Of a stretch of 64,000 nucleotides of DNA, positions 14,864 to 25,942 are shown in pieces (position 1 is the stretch's first letter; the number at the start of each line of letters is the position of its first letter). A program made the translations under genes and the position numbers. This stretch comes from an uncultured Dehalococcoidia bacterium (GTDB taxonomy: Bacteria > Chloroflexota > Dehalococcoidia > Lucifugimonadales > G958296245): NCBI GenBank assembly GCA_958296245.1, contig OY282458.1, positions 234,886-298,885 on the forward strand, written 5' to 3'. The notes beneath the pieces were generated by a model. That model did not search any database. It was not told the DNA's origin and worked only from the letters and a program-made list of their open reading frames with translations.

Positions 14864-17284
14864 GTGAAGTTGCAATGGGATTTGATTCAGCCTGACAATC
14901 TGCGGCGCGCCCTGACCGCGCGCTATCAGAACATAAGTACAGGGAGGGGGGAAATTCCTTCTTCCCGGTTGCGCAACGGGCTGTTCGCCCTATTCGTCGC
15001 CGGCGTCTTGGCCTACAGCGCCGGGTTCGCCTGGTACATGCTGGCCCGCTTCGACCTTATCAACCTCATCCGCGACGTCAACGGCGACGACTCCTTCTAT
15101 TACTTCCAGATTGCATATAACCTCGCCTCGGGGAACTTCTCCACCTTCGACGGCGGCATCACCCAGACGAACGGCTACCATCCCATCTGGTTGCTGCTGA
15201 TCACGCCCTTCTACTGGGTGTTCGACAAGGAAGCGGCGCTGTTCGGCATCAAGGCGTTTGAGATCATGCTCATCGCAGGCGGGGCGGCGCTGGTCGCCGT
15301 GGCCGCCCGGCTGGCGCGCCTGCCTTGGATTCTGCTGTTCGCCGCGCTGCCGCTGCTCTACCAGTACCACGGCTTATTTCTTGGACTGGAAGCGGCCGCC
15401 GCACTGTTCATGTTGGGGCTGTTCTTCTTGGCCGTGATGCTCTACGCGCGGGACCCGGCGCGGTGGAAGTGGCCGCTGGCCGCCGCCGCCTTTGCCCTGC
15501 CCTGGGTGCGCCTGGAGTACGTAGCCATATCGCTGGCGGTGACAGCGGCGCTCGGTCTCATATGGTGGTCGAGGCGGGGGGAATCACCCTCACCCGTCGA
15601 GGGAGAGGGGGCAGCTTCCTTCTCATCGCGGGAGTCACCCTCACCCCAGCCCTCTCCCTTGAAGGGAGAGGGGGCAAGGCTTGGCGCCCTATCTGCGCTG
15701 GACGCTGTGGTTCCGCTGCTGGGCGCGGTCGGCGGCATCCTGGTGTACTTCGCATACAACGGGCTGGTGTTCGGAGGCGTGACGCCGGTGAGCGGCGCAA
15801 CCAAGCAGATGTGGTCGCAAGCCCGGTGGGATAACGAAGGCGGATACAGCTTCGTTCAGAACTTCCGGGATGTCTTGCAGATTCCCGTCTTCGACTACGA
15901 GCTGCTGGCCGCGCTGGAGGTCTGCGCCTACGTCGTTCTGGTCTGGTGGCTCGCCCGCCGTTCCAAGAACCGGAAGGACTGGCTGCTGTTTGCCTTTCTG
16001 GTCTGCGTGTTCGGCCTGGCGGTCGGCCACCTCGCCAAGTTCGCGCAGACCGTCCTCACCATACACCCTGTCTATGGGAGCTATGTCTGGTACTTCGTCC
16101 CGGCGTACCTGATGATGGCGCTCATCATTCCCGTAAGGTGCTATATCGCTATCCACTTCATCCGCCGTTTCATCGGATCGAGGTGGCCATGGGCAGCCAA
16201 CATTCTGAGCGTGGGCATCGTGGTTGTCGGAGCGTACTTCCTGCTTGCGAATGCGGACTTCATGGGGCCATTCCGGTATGCTGACCGGGCAAGCGAGTCA
16301 ACCAGCCGCGAATGGGAGGTTACTTCTCATATGGGTGTGCAGGTTATGGACCACGTGCTGCCCGATGGCAGCGTGGTAGGGTCGTGGTCCGCTGGCGTCA
16401 TCGGGTACTTCTCGCGCTTTCCGGTGGTGAACCTAGACGGTCTGGTCAACTCCTACGACTACGCTCAAAGGGAAGGAAGCGACACCACCACGTTCCACCG
16501 GCGTTACGGGATTACCCACTTCGCCGACGTCTGGCCCGTCATTCAGGACGTGGACGCGATGCTGTTCGAAGGGCCGCCGTATCACCACTCTCGCCATGGT
16601 GAGCTCCAATTCAATATCGGGCTCGCCGAGCCGCCGGAGACGTCATCGGACGGGAACAATCGTTCCGACTGGTTCTGGGAACGGATGGAGCCGCACTTCG
16701 ACTATCAATCGGGCGATGTCGGAGTGATCGTGGACGGACGGATGGCGCAGGCGTTCGCCAGAGATTGCGCGCCGGACGAGCTGGCAGTGTGGTCATGGAC
16801 TGGCGCGGCTGAACCGTTCCCCAAAGCCTGGACGCAAACGAAGACGGGGCTGTGCGTGGACGCGCTCGTGCTGCCCCGCGACGCCTCCCCTCCGGTGCGG
16901 GCGGATGCGATGACGGCCGGCGATTACTTGGCAGACTTGGTCGGAGACCGCGAACCGGTAATCCGCTCCGACTGGGACGTGTATCTCAGCGAGAACCAGC
17001 TGTCGTACGTGAAGGAGACGTGCGCCCCGGCGGATACGGAGGCGTGGTTCTTCCTGGCCCTGTGGCCGGTGGACGTGAACGACCTCCCCGACCGGCGCCG
17101 GCAGCACGGCTTCGACAACCTGGACTTCCGCTTCGACCAGCGCGGCGTGATATTCGATGGGAGATGTATGGCGGCGGCGGCTCTCCCTGAGTATGACATT
17201 GCCCGCATCAGCACCGGCCAAGTACGTGTTGTGGACGGCGGTTACAACCACCTCTGGGAGGGGGAGATACGGCTCAATGAGTAG
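14864..17284 (+). CDS. GT-C-type integral membrane glycosyltransferase-like protein with shared C-terminal domain
   Basis: Many TM helices, DD motif in first loop ([12 protein letters not shown]...TNGYHPIW), AGVIGYFS...NLDGLVNS. Confidence 0.7.
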   Translation: MKLQWDLIQPDNLRRALTARYQNISTGRGEIPSSRLRNGLFALFVAGVLAYSAGFAWYMLARFDLINLIRDVNGDDSFYYFQIAYNLASGNFSTFDGGITQTNGYHPIWLLLITPFYWVFDKEAALFGIKAFEIMLIAGGAALVAVAARLARLPWILLFAALPLLYQYHGLFLGLEAAAALFMLGLFFLAVMLYARDPARWKWPLAAAAFALPWVRLEYVAISLAVTAALGLIWWSRRGESPSPVEGEGAASFSSRESPSPQPSPLKGEGARLGALSALDAVVPLLGAVGGILVYFAYNGLVFGGVTPVSGATKQMWSQARWDNEGGYSFVQNFRDVLQIPVFDYELLAALEVCAYVVLVWWLARRSKNRKDWLLFAFLVCVFGLAVGHLAKFAQTVLTIHPVYGSYVWYFVPAYLMMALIIPVRCYIAIHFIRRFIGSRWPWAANILSVGIVVVGAYFLLANADFMGPFRYADRASESTSREWEVTSHMGVQVMDHVLPDGSVVGSWSAGVIGYFSRFPVVNLDGLVNSYDYAQREGSDTTTFHRRYGITHFADVWPVIQDVDAMLFEGPPYHHSRHGELQFNIGLAEPPETSSDGNNRSDWFWERMEPHFDYQSGDVGVIVDGRMAQAFARDCAPDELAVWSWTGAAEPFPKAWTQTKTGLCVDALVLPRDASPPVRADAMTAGDYLADLVGDREPVIRSDWDVYLSENQLSYVKETCAPADTEAWFFLALWPVDVNDLPDRRRQHGFDNLDFRFDQRGVIFDGRCMAAAALPEYDIARISTGQVRVVDGGYNHLWEGEIRLNE
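15584..15676 (+). repeat. REP-like palindromes inserted in frame in a CDS
   Basis: TCACCCTCACCC...GGGAGAGGGGGCA twice, translating as SPSPVEGEG and [13 protein letters not shown]. Confidence 0.7.
16952..17284 (+). repeat. shared C-terminal module, copy 1
   Basis: EPVIRS.WDVYLSE...C...[19 protein letters not shown]...GFDNLDF...C...LPEYDI...WEGEIRL, also at 19095-19448 and 21131-21463. Confidence 0.95.
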
Positions 17285-19448
17285 CGGCCCAAGCGCAGCG
17301 ATGAAGGGACCGACGTCGAGCGGGCCGCTAAAGGGCACATCCCTCAGTCTCATTCTGGCCTGCCTGCCCTGGCTGGCGCTGTTGGCCTGGCTGGCCTCGG
17401 TGTCGTGGTTCCTGACCGACGACGCCTTCATCAGCTTCCGCTACGTCCGCAACCTGCTGGAGGGCCACGGCCTGGTCTTCAACCCCGGCGAGCGGGTGGA
17501 AGGCTACTCCAACTTCCTGTGGGTGCTGGAGCTGGCCGCCATCTGGCGGGCGCTGGGCGCGGCCCCGGAGGACGCGGCGCCGTGGCTGTCGGTGGCCTTC
17601 ACCGCCGGAACAGTCGGGGCGCTGGCATGGTGGGTCTATCGCCTGCCCTCGCTGCGAAACAGAGGACTGGTCGGCTGGATGGCCTTGGGGTTGGTGTGCA
17701 GCAGCGCGACTTTCGCGGTGTGGACCTCGGGCGGCGGGCTGGAAACGCGGCAATTCACATTCTTCATCGTAGTGGCCGTCGTCTGCCTGAGCCTCTACCG
17801 CGACAGGCGTGCCGGCCTGCTGGCGGCGTCGTTCAGCCTGGCCGGTGCGGCCCTGACCCGACCGGAAGGCCCATTGATTGCCGTGTGCTGCTTCGGCTGG
17901 TTCGCGGCGCAGCGGATGGTCGACGCCAAGGGGATGCGGGTGAGCTGGCGCGAGCTGACGTATCTGGCGGCGCCCTTCGTCATCGTAGTGGCGGCCCACT
18001 TTCTGTTCCGCTTCGCCTACTACGGCGAGTGGCTGCCCAACACCTACTACGCCAAGCACGTCAGACCATGGTACGAGTCGGGCTTCCGCTACCTGTGGTC
18101 GGCGGCGCTGGAGACGGGGCTGTACCTTCTGATTCCACTGGCTTGGGCCGCTCTGCGGCATCGGTGGCGGGACACCCGCGACGGGACTTATGCCCTGGTG
18201 CTGCTGCTGATCGCCGTCCACATGGCATACGTGATGCGGATTGGCGGCGACCATTTCGAGTATCGCCCGCTGGACTTCTACTGGCCGCTGCTGGCGCTGC
18301 CGGCTGCTGGGGGGATTGCCTGCATCGGCTCGCGGATCGCCGCCTTCGATTGGCGGCGCATACCCCACTCCCACCGACTCCGGCGACCGGGAGCAAGGAC
18401 TTGCGCGCTCATCCTGTTCATCCCCGTCATCTTCTACTGCGGCGCCATACAGGCAGCGCTATTCTTCGAGGGCGCCAGGATTGACAAACGAATCTGGAGA
18501 CTTCACATAGAGCTCGACGAGCGCAACGCCCGCTGGCTGCTGGCCGCGCCGGGGATGTCGGCGTTGACCGCTATCTCCAACGACCTGCGCCGTCAGTCTG
18601 TCGAGCAGGATGTCGCTTCACCATTCGCGGAACACCGCGAGTTCGCCAACGAGCAGATGCGCTGGTGGCAGCCCTACGAGAATATGGAGCGGGGAGTGAT
18701 TCCTGAAGACGCGCTGATGGCAGGCGGAGGTCTCGGCAGGTTCTATTACCTGCCGGATCTGAAAGTCATCGACATCTTCGGCTTGACCGATGCGACCGTG
18801 GCGCGCAATCCTGTCACAATGCCCAACCACCAGCGCGCAATCGCCCACGATCGCCAACCGCCGCCCGGATACATAGTGGAGCGCGGCGTCAACTTTACAG
18901 TGCATCCTGCGGCCTCCAGCGAAGCCGAGGCTCTCGACCGAGGTCAGTACGCCGTGAAGGTCGGCCCCGGCCTGTGGATGCCCTTCGACTCCTTCGACCA
19001 TGATTGGGTCGCGGCGAGCTTCGCCGGACACGACTTGCGGAGGGCCGTTGCAGAGCCGGTGGGCGATTACATGGCAAGACTGATCAGAGACAGCGAGCCG
19101 GTGATTCGCTCCACCTTCGACGTATATCTCAGCGAAAACACGCTGACCTACGTCAAGGAGACGTGCGCCCGCGCCGACACGGAGGCGTGGTTCTTCCTCG
19201 CCCTGTACCCGGTTGACGTGAACGACCTGCCCGACCATCGCCGGCAGCATGGCTTCGACAATCTGGACTTCAATTTCTACGGGAGCGGCTTGATGTTCGA
19301 CGGGAGCGGCGTGATATTCGACGGGATATGTATGGTGACGGCGGCTCTCCCTGAGTATGACATTGCCCGCATCTTTACCGGCCAAGTACGTGTTGTGGAA
19401 GGCGGTTTCAACCACCTCTGGGAGGGGGAGATACGCCTTGAGCAGTAA
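17277..19448 (+). CDS. GT-C-type glycosyltransferase-like protein (AftB-like N-terminal motif) with shared C-terminal domain
   Basis: [52 protein letters not shown] overlaps the previous stop and follows GGAG. Confidence 0.75.
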   Translation: MSSGPSAAMKGPTSSGPLKGTSLSLILACLPWLALLAWLASVSWFLTDDAFISFRYVRNLLEGHGLVFNPGERVEGYSNFLWVLELAAIWRALGAAPEDAAPWLSVAFTAGTVGALAWWVYRLPSLRNRGLVGWMALGLVCSSATFAVWTSGGGLETRQFTFFIVVAVVCLSLYRDRRAGLLAASFSLAGAALTRPEGPLIAVCCFGWFAAQRMVDAKGMRVSWRELTYLAAPFVIVVAAHFLFRFAYYGEWLPNTYYAKHVRPWYESGFRYLWSAALETGLYLLIPLAWAALRHRWRDTRDGTYALVLLLIAVHMAYVMRIGGDHFEYRPLDFYWPLLALPAAGGIACIGSRIAAFDWRRIPHSHRLRRPGARTCALILFIPVIFYCGAIQAALFFEGARIDKRIWRLHIELDERNARWLLAAPGMSALTAISNDLRRQSVEQDVASPFAEHREFANEQMRWWQPYENMERGVIPEDALMAGGGLGRFYYLPDLKVIDIFGLTDATVARNPVTMPNHQRAIAHDRQPPPGYIVERGVNFTVHPAASSEAEALDRGQYAVKVGPGLWMPFDSFDHDWVAASFAGHDLRRAVAEPVGDYMARLIRDSEPVIRSTFDVYLSENTLTYVKETCARADTEAWFFLALYPVDVNDLPDHRRQHGFDNLDFNFYGSGLMFDGSGVIFDGICMVTAALPEYDIARIFTGQVRVVEGGFNHLWEGEIRLEQ
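19095..19448 (+). repeat. shared C-terminal module, copy 2 (with 21-bp internal duplication)
   Basis: Aligns with copies 1 and 3. The extra GSGLMFD comes from a tandem ACGGGAGCGGC.TGAT.TTCG. Confidence 0.95.
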
Positions 19449-21463
19449 CCGCCGCGGCCTGCGGGGATTCGCGCTGAATCTGTGGCGCGCCGTCAGGGCG
19501 CGCCATCAGAACATAAGTACGTGGGGGGGGGTATTTTCTCCCTACCCGTTCTCCGGAACGGCTGCTCCTTGCGGCGTTCGTGTGCCTGCTCGTAGTGGCG
19601 GCGGGTCTGCGCTTCTATAACCTGCCGGAGGGATCCGTATCGCATGACGAAGCGGTTGCCGCCAATAATTCGAGGGGCGCGCTCTCGGAGGTAGTCTCCA
19701 ATACCCGCCATCGCAACTCCTCGCCTATCCTGTATCCCTTGGCGCTGTGGGCGGTCCAGAAAGTGGATGTCTCCGCCTTCAGCGTCCGCGTTCTGCCGGC
19801 GGCGTCCAGCGTTCTGACCGTGGCGGCCTTGCTCTTCCTGCTCCCTCGCGCCGGGGTTGCCCGGTGGGCCGCGTTTCTGGCGGCTCTGCTGGCGACTCTT
19901 TCGATTGCCGCCATAGAGCACGCCCAGGATGCGCGGGAATACTCCATCGACGCGCTGTTGGCCGTGCTGATGGTAGCGGGGCTGCTGTGGTATCTGCGGG
20001 ACGGCAGGAAGGCCCTGCTCTGCGTTGCGCTGTTCCTAGCGCCGTTGCTCCAGTACGGCTTGGTCCTGTTCGGCGCCGCTGTCATTGGCGCCGCTATCGT
20101 TCTACCTCCTCCCTCGACCTTGGCGGCGCCGGAACAGGATTCATACATAAGCCGGATTCGCAATTGGCTCGAGCGGCGCATCGCTCTGGTCTTGCCCGCG
20201 GCGTGCTTTCTGGCTGGGTGCGCCATAAGCTACGCGGTTACTTTGCGCTATCAGTGGTGGGAAGGGGGCTGGGGCTATCTATCGGCGTCTTACTATCAGG
20301 GAGGATTCGATGCGCCCGCGATCTTCGAGTTTTCGATTGATGGGATTCGGAGGTTATTGACGCTTCATTTGCCGGAAGCCGTTGCCGTATTGGCGGTTGG
20401 GGCATTGGCCCTTATGCTGATGGCATCCCTGAAGAGGCGGCGATTCGATGCCATTGCAATCTTGGCCCTGCTTGCCGTTGGCATCGCCCTTTTCGCCGCC
20501 CTGCTGACTCTGTATCCCCTGGGCGGGATTCGCCACAACCTCTATCTGGGGCCGGTCATCTTTCTGGCGGCCGGCGTCTCCATCCATTGGACGGCGGATA
20601 GTCTGGCCGCGCTCACGCGCCGGGCGTGGCTGGCTCCGGCGCTGGCCGTTGCGGCGGCTGGCACAATAGCCTTGGCCGGGGTGGGCGCGATGAGGCAGGA
20701 CAGTCCGTATGTGCAAGGCTGGTATGAGAAAGGCTACAACGCCAAGGCCGTTCTCGCCTTTCTGGAAGAGAATGTGGAAGAAGGAGACATGGTTTACGCA
20801 AACATGTGGACAGCCCCTTCTATGAAGTTCTATCAGGATGTGAAACCGAGCAACTACCACTATGCAAAGGTAGAATGCTGGAGGGATTTCGGAGAGTGTA
20901 TCCGGGAAATGCTTCGGTTAGCCGTCTCGCGCCCCAATGTTCCAGATAGAATCTTCTTGGTCCACGGCAACAAATCAATACTGGAGGAGTTGGGGCTGCT
21001 GGGAGAGCTAATTTCAGTTGAGCTTGTCACTGACGGAGATTTCAATGTCTCTCTGATTGCGAACGTCAAAGAGTCCATCGAATCGGCTTACAAGACGTTC
21101 GTATCCGCCTACGAGGCGGTTGTATCCGGCGAACCGGTAATCCGCTCCGACTGGGACGTGTATCTCAGCGAAGACACGCTGGTCTACGTCAGGGAGCCGT
21201 GCGCCCCGGCCGACACGGAGGCGTGGTTCTTCCTGGCCCTGTACCCGGTTGACGTGAACGACCTTCCCGACGATAGCAAGCGGTACGGCTTCGACAACCT
21301 GGACTTCAAGTTCGACGAGCGCGGCGTGATATTCGACGGGATATGCATGGCGACGGCGGCTCTCCCTGAGTATGATATTGACCGCGTTAGCACGGGCCAG
21401 TACGTGCCCGCGGAAGACGGTTACCACCACTTCTGGGAGGGGGAGATACGGCTTGGGGAGTAG
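19438..21463 (+). CDS. ArnT/PMT-like (GT-C) glycosyltransferase with shared C-terminal domain; 5' end frameshifted at a G9 tract (intact ORF 19580-21463)
   Basis: LRFYNL...SHDEA, R.YS motifs. The TTG-19438 frame ([15 protein letters not shown]) resembles the first GT's N-terminus ([15 protein letters not shown]) and joins the main ORF if G9 (19523-19531) is G8. Confidence 0.7.
21131..21463 (+). repeat. shared C-terminal module, copy 3
   Basis: Aligns with copies 1 and 2 at both DNA and protein level. Confidence 0.95.
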
Positions 21464-21636
21464 TCGAAGGGCCGTATTGGACCCGCACGTCTACCCGACA
21501 AGGCTACGTTGAAGCAGTAGCAGGCCGTCTGAGCGTCTGAGGTGTGGCGCTGGCAGGCCTCGGCCTCTATAATTCAACCAACCCCCCACGCCTAGCGACG
21601 TCGGAGCGACAACCGGTGGGTGAGTTGATAGAAGAC

Positions 21637-22341
21637 ATGCCGTCAATCCTGCTGGCAATAGCCGCCGGATACCTACTCGGGTCGATTCCGCTCGCCGACC
21701 TCATCGCCCGGAGGCACGGGGTGGACATCTTCTCGGCAGGCTCAGGCCTAGCCGGCGCGTCCAATATCCTCCGGACGGTTGGCCGGGTCCCGGCCGTGAT
21801 AGTCTTCGCCGGGGACGTGGGCAAGGGCGTGCTCGCCGTGGTAGTGGCCCGCTACCTTGGGGTAGAGAGTCCGTGGCTGCTGCTCCCGGCCGGCGCGTCG
21901 GTGGTGGGCCACTGGCGCCCGGTGTTCAACGGATTCCGTGGAGGCGATGGGCTCGCAACCCTCGGGGGCATCATCGTTGGGATGTTCCCGGTGTTAGGGA
22001 CGATCAGCGTCGCCGTCGCGTTGCTGGTGGCCCTGGGCGCTCAGCGCCTGCCATTCAGTTCGCTGTTCAGCATCGTGTTCGGCTACAGCACCCTGGTGGG
22101 GCTGAGCTTGGCGTACGACGACTACAGCGCCATAGTGGGGCTGAGCCTGGCGTACGACGGCGACACCGCGTCGGTGCTCGGCTTGGGAGGGGTTGCGGGT
22201 CTGGTCTTGGCCCACGCCCTGCTAGGTCACCGGAGGCGGCGGCAGGGCGCCGCCTGGGGGGATGCCCGCGGCGACCCGGAATGGGGCGAGGCCGGGGAAG
22301 GCGAGGCCAGGGACACCGAGGGCGCCGCGGGAGGTCGTTAG
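21637..22341 (+). CDS. plsY: glycerol-3-phosphate acyltransferase PlsY family
   Basis: GYLLGSIP, GSGLAGASNILR, D.GKG, GHWRPVF.GFRGG.G.AT. Confidence 0.85.
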   Translation: MPSILLAIAAGYLLGSIPLADLIARRHGVDIFSAGSGLAGASNILRTVGRVPAVIVFAGDVGKGVLAVVVARYLGVESPWLLLPAGASVVGHWRPVFNGFRGGDGLATLGGIIVGMFPVLGTISVAVALLVALGAQRLPFSSLFSIVFGYSTLVGLSLAYDDYSAIVGLSLAYDGDTASVLGLGGVAGLVLAHALLGHRRRRQGAAWGDARGDPEWGEAGEGEARDTEGAAGGR

Positions 22342-22348
22342 CCGCCTG

Positions 22349-22579
22349 CTACTGTATGCCGATGCAAGTGGTGGTGCGCAGAACGCCTTGCACCGGGTGT
22401 ATGGAGGCGGCCACCGTATTGCTGATAGCGTTCAGGTCCTCCCCGACGATCACCGCCAAGACGTCGTAGGGCCCGGTGACGCGAGAAGCCTCTCTCACGC
22501 CCGGGTCGTCCTTGAGCTTCTCAACGAGGCCCCTAGAATGTCCCGCGGACATCTCGATTAGCACATAAGCCGTGACCAC
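22349..22579 (-). CDS. Lrp/AsnC ligand-binding (RAM) domain protein
   Basis: AYVLI...VTGPYD...GV.RTTTCI, no HTH. GTG start after GGAGG. Confidence 0.85.
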   Translation of the reverse strand: MVTAYVLIEMSAGHSRGLVEKLKDDPGVREASRVTGPYDVLAVIVGEDLNAISNTVAASIHPVQGVLRTTTCIGIQ

Positions 22580-22806
22580 GCGATACCTCCGTGTCCCAGT
22601 GGGCGATAGGCCTCTCAGCATACCCTGTCGGGCCGTAGAGGGACAAGGCCATGTCCCCGTCGTCAGGGCCTTTCCAAAGTCTTGGAGCCCAGCGGCCCAA
22701 CGCCTTTGTAGTGCGCTGGGGAATCCCGGTACCCCCAGTAGCTTGCCTCACGCCCCGGCGCGCCATAGACTATGTTGAGAGTGAGCACCGGCGGGGGTGG
22801 ATTCTT

Positions 22807-23631
22807 ATGGACTCCTTCTGTGAGCGGCTGTCGCGCGCCGTCGACGCCAATAGGAGCCTGCTCTGCGTGGGCCTCGATCCCGACCCTGCACTGCTGCCGA
22901 CTCCGGACGTCGCCGGGTTCAACCGCGCAATCGTCGACGCTACCAAGGACCTCGTGTGCGGCTACAAGCCCAACCTGAGCTTCTACGAGGCCCTCGGTGT
23001 GGACGGGCTGCGGGCGCTGGGAGAGACCTTAGACCACATCCGCAAGTCCGCTCCGGCGGCGGTCGTCATCGGTGACGCGAAACGCGGGGACATCGCCTCT
23101 TCCAACGCAATGTACGCCCGCTCCCTGTTCGACGTATGGGGGTTCGACGCAGCCACGGTGAACGCATACACAGGGGGCGAATCGCTGGCGCCCTTTCTCG
23201 AATACGGGGACCGGGGCGTGTTCGTCCTGTGCCGGTCGTCGAACCCCGGCGCGGGTGACCTGCAGGACCTGCAGGTCGCCGGGGGGCGGCAAGTCTACGA
23301 GGTGGTCGCCGAGCGGGCGGCGGCCTGGAACGGGCGGGGCAACGTTGGGCTTGTCGTGGGAGCAACATACCCCGATCAGCTCAGCCGGGTGCGCACGCTG
23401 TGCCCAGGGCTTCCGGTCTTGCTGCCTGGGGTCGGCGCCCAGCGCGGCGAACTACGGGCGGCGGTGCGGGCCGGCGTCGACCCCTGCGGCAGGGGGTTGA
23501 TCGTGAGCAGCTCCAGGGGCATCCTCTACGCCTCCGCGGGGAGGGACTTCGCCGCCGCCGCAAGGGGCGCGGCGGAGCGTCTGCGCAACGAGATCAACGA
23601 CACCCTGGAGCAGGACGGCATGGGCCTATGA
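22807..23631 (+). CDS. pyrF: orotidine-5'-phosphate decarboxylase (subfamily 2)
   Basis: LCVGLDP, YKPN, DAKRGDI, SNPG, VVGATYP, PGVGAQ, SSRGI. Confidence 0.96.
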   Translation: MDSFCERLSRAVDANRSLLCVGLDPDPALLPTPDVAGFNRAIVDATKDLVCGYKPNLSFYEALGVDGLRALGETLDHIRKSAPAAVVIGDAKRGDIASSNAMYARSLFDVWGFDAATVNAYTGGESLAPFLEYGDRGVFVLCRSSNPGAGDLQDLQVAGGRQVYEVVAERAAAWNGRGNVGLVVGATYPDQLSRVRTLCPGLPVLLPGVGAQRGELRAAVRAGVDPCGRGLIVSSSRGILYASAGRDFAAAARGAAERLRNEINDTLEQDGMGL

Positions 23632-23822
23632 CCCAGCTCGGGTTGGGGGACGTCGTCAGGCTGAAGAAGAGCCACCCGTGCGGGGGGGTCGAGTGGGAGG
23701 TGGTGCGCGTGGGCGCGGACATCAGGGTCAGATGTACAACCTGCGACCGCCGGGTGATGATGCCCCGGTCCGCCTTGGAGAAGCGCCTCAAGGCAGTGTC
23801 CAGCAGGCGTCCGGCGGTCTGA
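23628..23822 (+). CDS. DUF951 family protein
   Basis: [31 protein letters not shown] overlap with pyrF. Confidence 0.9.
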   Translation: MTQLGLGDVVRLKKSHPCGGVEWEVVRVGADIRVRCTTCDRRVMMPRSALEKRLKAVSSRRPAV

Positions 23823-23945
23823 CGGCCGCCCCCCGCCGCGCGCCCCTGCCCGGAAATTCCGGGGCCGTCCCCAAGTTTGACATGCCGTTGGGCCGCACTT
23901 AGAATGAAATCCGGTGAATGAAATCCGGTGATGGGAGGGATTGCC

Positions 23946-24515
23946 ATGCAGCAGATGGACATCGACAGCATCAGGGTTAGTCTCGTCAACTACCAGCGGG
24001 TGGTCATCCTCCGGGCCAAAGGGTCCAATCGCTGCCTGCCCATCTGGATCGGACCTGCCGAGGCGGATTCCATTACCATGAGGCTCCGGAACGAGGAAGT
24101 GCCCCGGCCTATGACGCATGACTTGGTCCAGTCGATCATATCCAGCTTGGGCGCCTCGATTGGCCGCATCATCGTATCCGACTTGAGCAACGACACCTTC
24201 TACGCGAAGATCATCATCCAGTGCAACGGCTCTCAGATCGAGATCGACTCGCGGCCCAGCGACGCCATCGCGCTGGCCGTCCGGGCCGACGCGCCCATCT
24301 ACGCCGACGACACGGTGGTGGAGATGGCCGGCGTGGATGTAGACGAGGATACGGGCAAGCCCGTATCCCCCGACGCCGACGCCGAGCGTGAGGACCGCGG
24401 CATGAACGAAGACGAGCTGAAGCGCCTGTCGGCCTTCACCGAGTTCATCTCAGAGCTGGACGTCGACGACATCGGACAGGGCAAGAAGCCCCCTCACAGT
24501 CACGGGGCAGCGTAG
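23946..24515 (+). CDS. bifunctional nuclease family protein (DUF151)
   Basis: LPIWIG..EA, PRPMTHDL, TFYA, IDSRPSDAIALA. Confidence 0.93.
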   Translation: MQQMDIDSIRVSLVNYQRVVILRAKGSNRCLPIWIGPAEADSITMRLRNEEVPRPMTHDLVQSIISSLGASIGRIIVSDLSNDTFYAKIIIQCNGSQIEIDSRPSDAIALAVRADAPIYADDTVVEMAGVDVDEDTGKPVSPDADAEREDRGMNEDELKRLSAFTEFISELDVDDIGQGKKPPHSHGAA

Positions 24516-24556
24516 TCCCGCCACCCTCCGTCATCGGTACGGCATCCCGCCCGAAG

Positions 24557-24645
24557 TCCAGCAGACTGAGGGCCAGTTCCCCTTTGCCGGGAGCCCCGTA
24601 TCCCTCCAGGCACAACTCCCTCCCTGTCTGAGGGATGGGATTCCG
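24557..24645 (-). repeat. degenerate family B multi-hairpin repeat between convergent genes
   Basis: GAGGGCCAGTTCCCCTTTGCCGGGA and CCCTCCCTGTCTGAGGGATGGGA resemble 8333-8425. Confidence 0.4.
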
Positions 24646-24656
24646 TCGGCGGCCTG

Positions 24657-25541
24657 CTATGCAGATGCGGCAGTTGCCGCGGCGTGCTGCTCGTCCGCGT
24701 GGTAGGAGCTCCTGACCAGCGGCCCCGATGCTACGTGGCGGAACCCGAGATCCTTCGCCTGCGCCGCAAGGGCCTCGAAGTCCTCGGGCGTATACCACTT
24801 CGCCAAGGGCGCGTGCTTGGCCGAGGGGCGCAGGTACTGCCCGATCGTGAGCAGGTCGCAGTCCACCGCCCGCAGGTCCCGCATCGTGTCGACTATCTCG
24901 TCCCAGGTCTCCCCCAGACCGACCATCATCCCCGACTTGGTCACAGCGGCCGGGTCTATGGCCTTGGCCTTGGACAGCAGCGCGAGCGACTGCCCGTAGT
25001 CGCCCTTGGGTCTGACCCGCTTGAATACCCTGGGCGCCGTCTCGATGTTGTGGTTGAGCGTATCGGGCCGCTCAGCCATCACGGCGGCCAGCGCGTCCCA
25101 GTTGCCGCAGAAGTCCGGTATCAGCACCTCGACCTTGCACTCTGGCAGGCGCTTCCTGATCTGCTTGATGCACTGGGCGAAGATGAAGGCGCCGCCGTCG
25201 GGAAGGTCGTCCCGATTGACCGCCGTGATGACGGCGTACTTCAAGCCCATGCTCGCCACGCTCTCAGCAAGGCGCCTGGGCTCGTCAAGGTCAAGTCCGA
25301 CGGGCCGCCCTGAGGTGACGGCACAGTAAGCGCATGCCCTGGTGCAGATGTCGCCGAGTATCATGAACGTCGCCGTGCGGCGCTCCCAACAGCCGCCGAT
25401 GTTGGGGCAGCGCGCCTCCTCGCATACGGTATGCAGCCGGCTGCCCCTGACGAGCTCTCGCAGCTCAAGGTAGTTCGGGCCTCCCGGCATCCGTACCTTC
25501 ATCCACCGGGGCAACCGCCTCTGGGGTTGGGTTCCGTCCAC
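24657..25541 (-). CDS. lipA: lipoyl synthase
   Basis: CEEARCPNIGGC, CTRACAYC, NHNIET, GQYL, VRSSY. Confidence 0.98.
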   Translation of the reverse strand: MDGTQPQRRLPRWMKVRMPGGPNYLELRELVRGSRLHTVCEEARCPNIGGCWERRTATFMILGDICTRACAYCAVTSGRPVGLDLDEPRRLAESVASMGLKYAVITAVNRDDLPDGGAFIFAQCIKQIRKRLPECKVEVLIPDFCGNWDALAAVMAERPDTLNHNIETAPRVFKRVRPKGDYGQSLALLSKAKAIDPAAVTKSGMMVGLGETWDEIVDTMRDLRAVDCDLLTIGQYLRPSAKHAPLAKWYTPEDFEALAAQAKDLGFRHVASGPLVRSSYHADEQHAAATAASA

Positions 25542-25636
25542 TCTCTCGTTCAGCGCAACGATTCGGGATCACCTCTCTCGTCGGATAGGCGCTGGCTAGG
25601 ATATGCCGGGCCGGAGCCTTTTTCAACCCGGCGCTG

Positions 25637-25691
25637 GGTAACTGTAACCTCTCTGAACTTCCCCCGGGTCTCACAGAGCCTGAACAGTTCC
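25637..25691 (+). mobile_element. internally deleted family A element
   Basis: GTAACTGT...CCCCCGGGTCTCACAGAGCCTGAACAGTTCC. Confidence 0.6.
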
Positions 25692-25942
25692 ACCGGTGGC
25701 CCCACCCTGACGTTGATGTTAGTATTCTACGCGATGATCCACGACGGGCGCGCCTACTGCTTACCCGACCTGCGCGGCAACGCGGGGTCCGCCGACGCGG
25801 AACAGTTCCGCAGACACCCGCAACTCGGCATAGCGGCTCACTTCCAGCCCGCTTGGCGCTCCGCGGACAGGCGGCCCGCCGACAACAGCAATCTCACTGA
25901 CCCCGTGCGGCTCGCCCGCGACTGACACACAGGAGGATCCCA

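Noticed and set aside
17157-17276. Longer N-terminus for the second glycosyltransferase
   Set aside because: It is an alternate frame of the shared module; ATG 17277 has the RBS.
16952-21463. Diversity-generating retroelement VR/TR pairs (also considered for the gene echoes)
   Set aside because: Differences are not adenine-specific, all three module copies are coding, and there is no reverse transcriptase in the window.
25717-25925. Small ORF upstream of the PIG-L gene
   Set aside because: No RBS or recognisable motif; cannot be supported.
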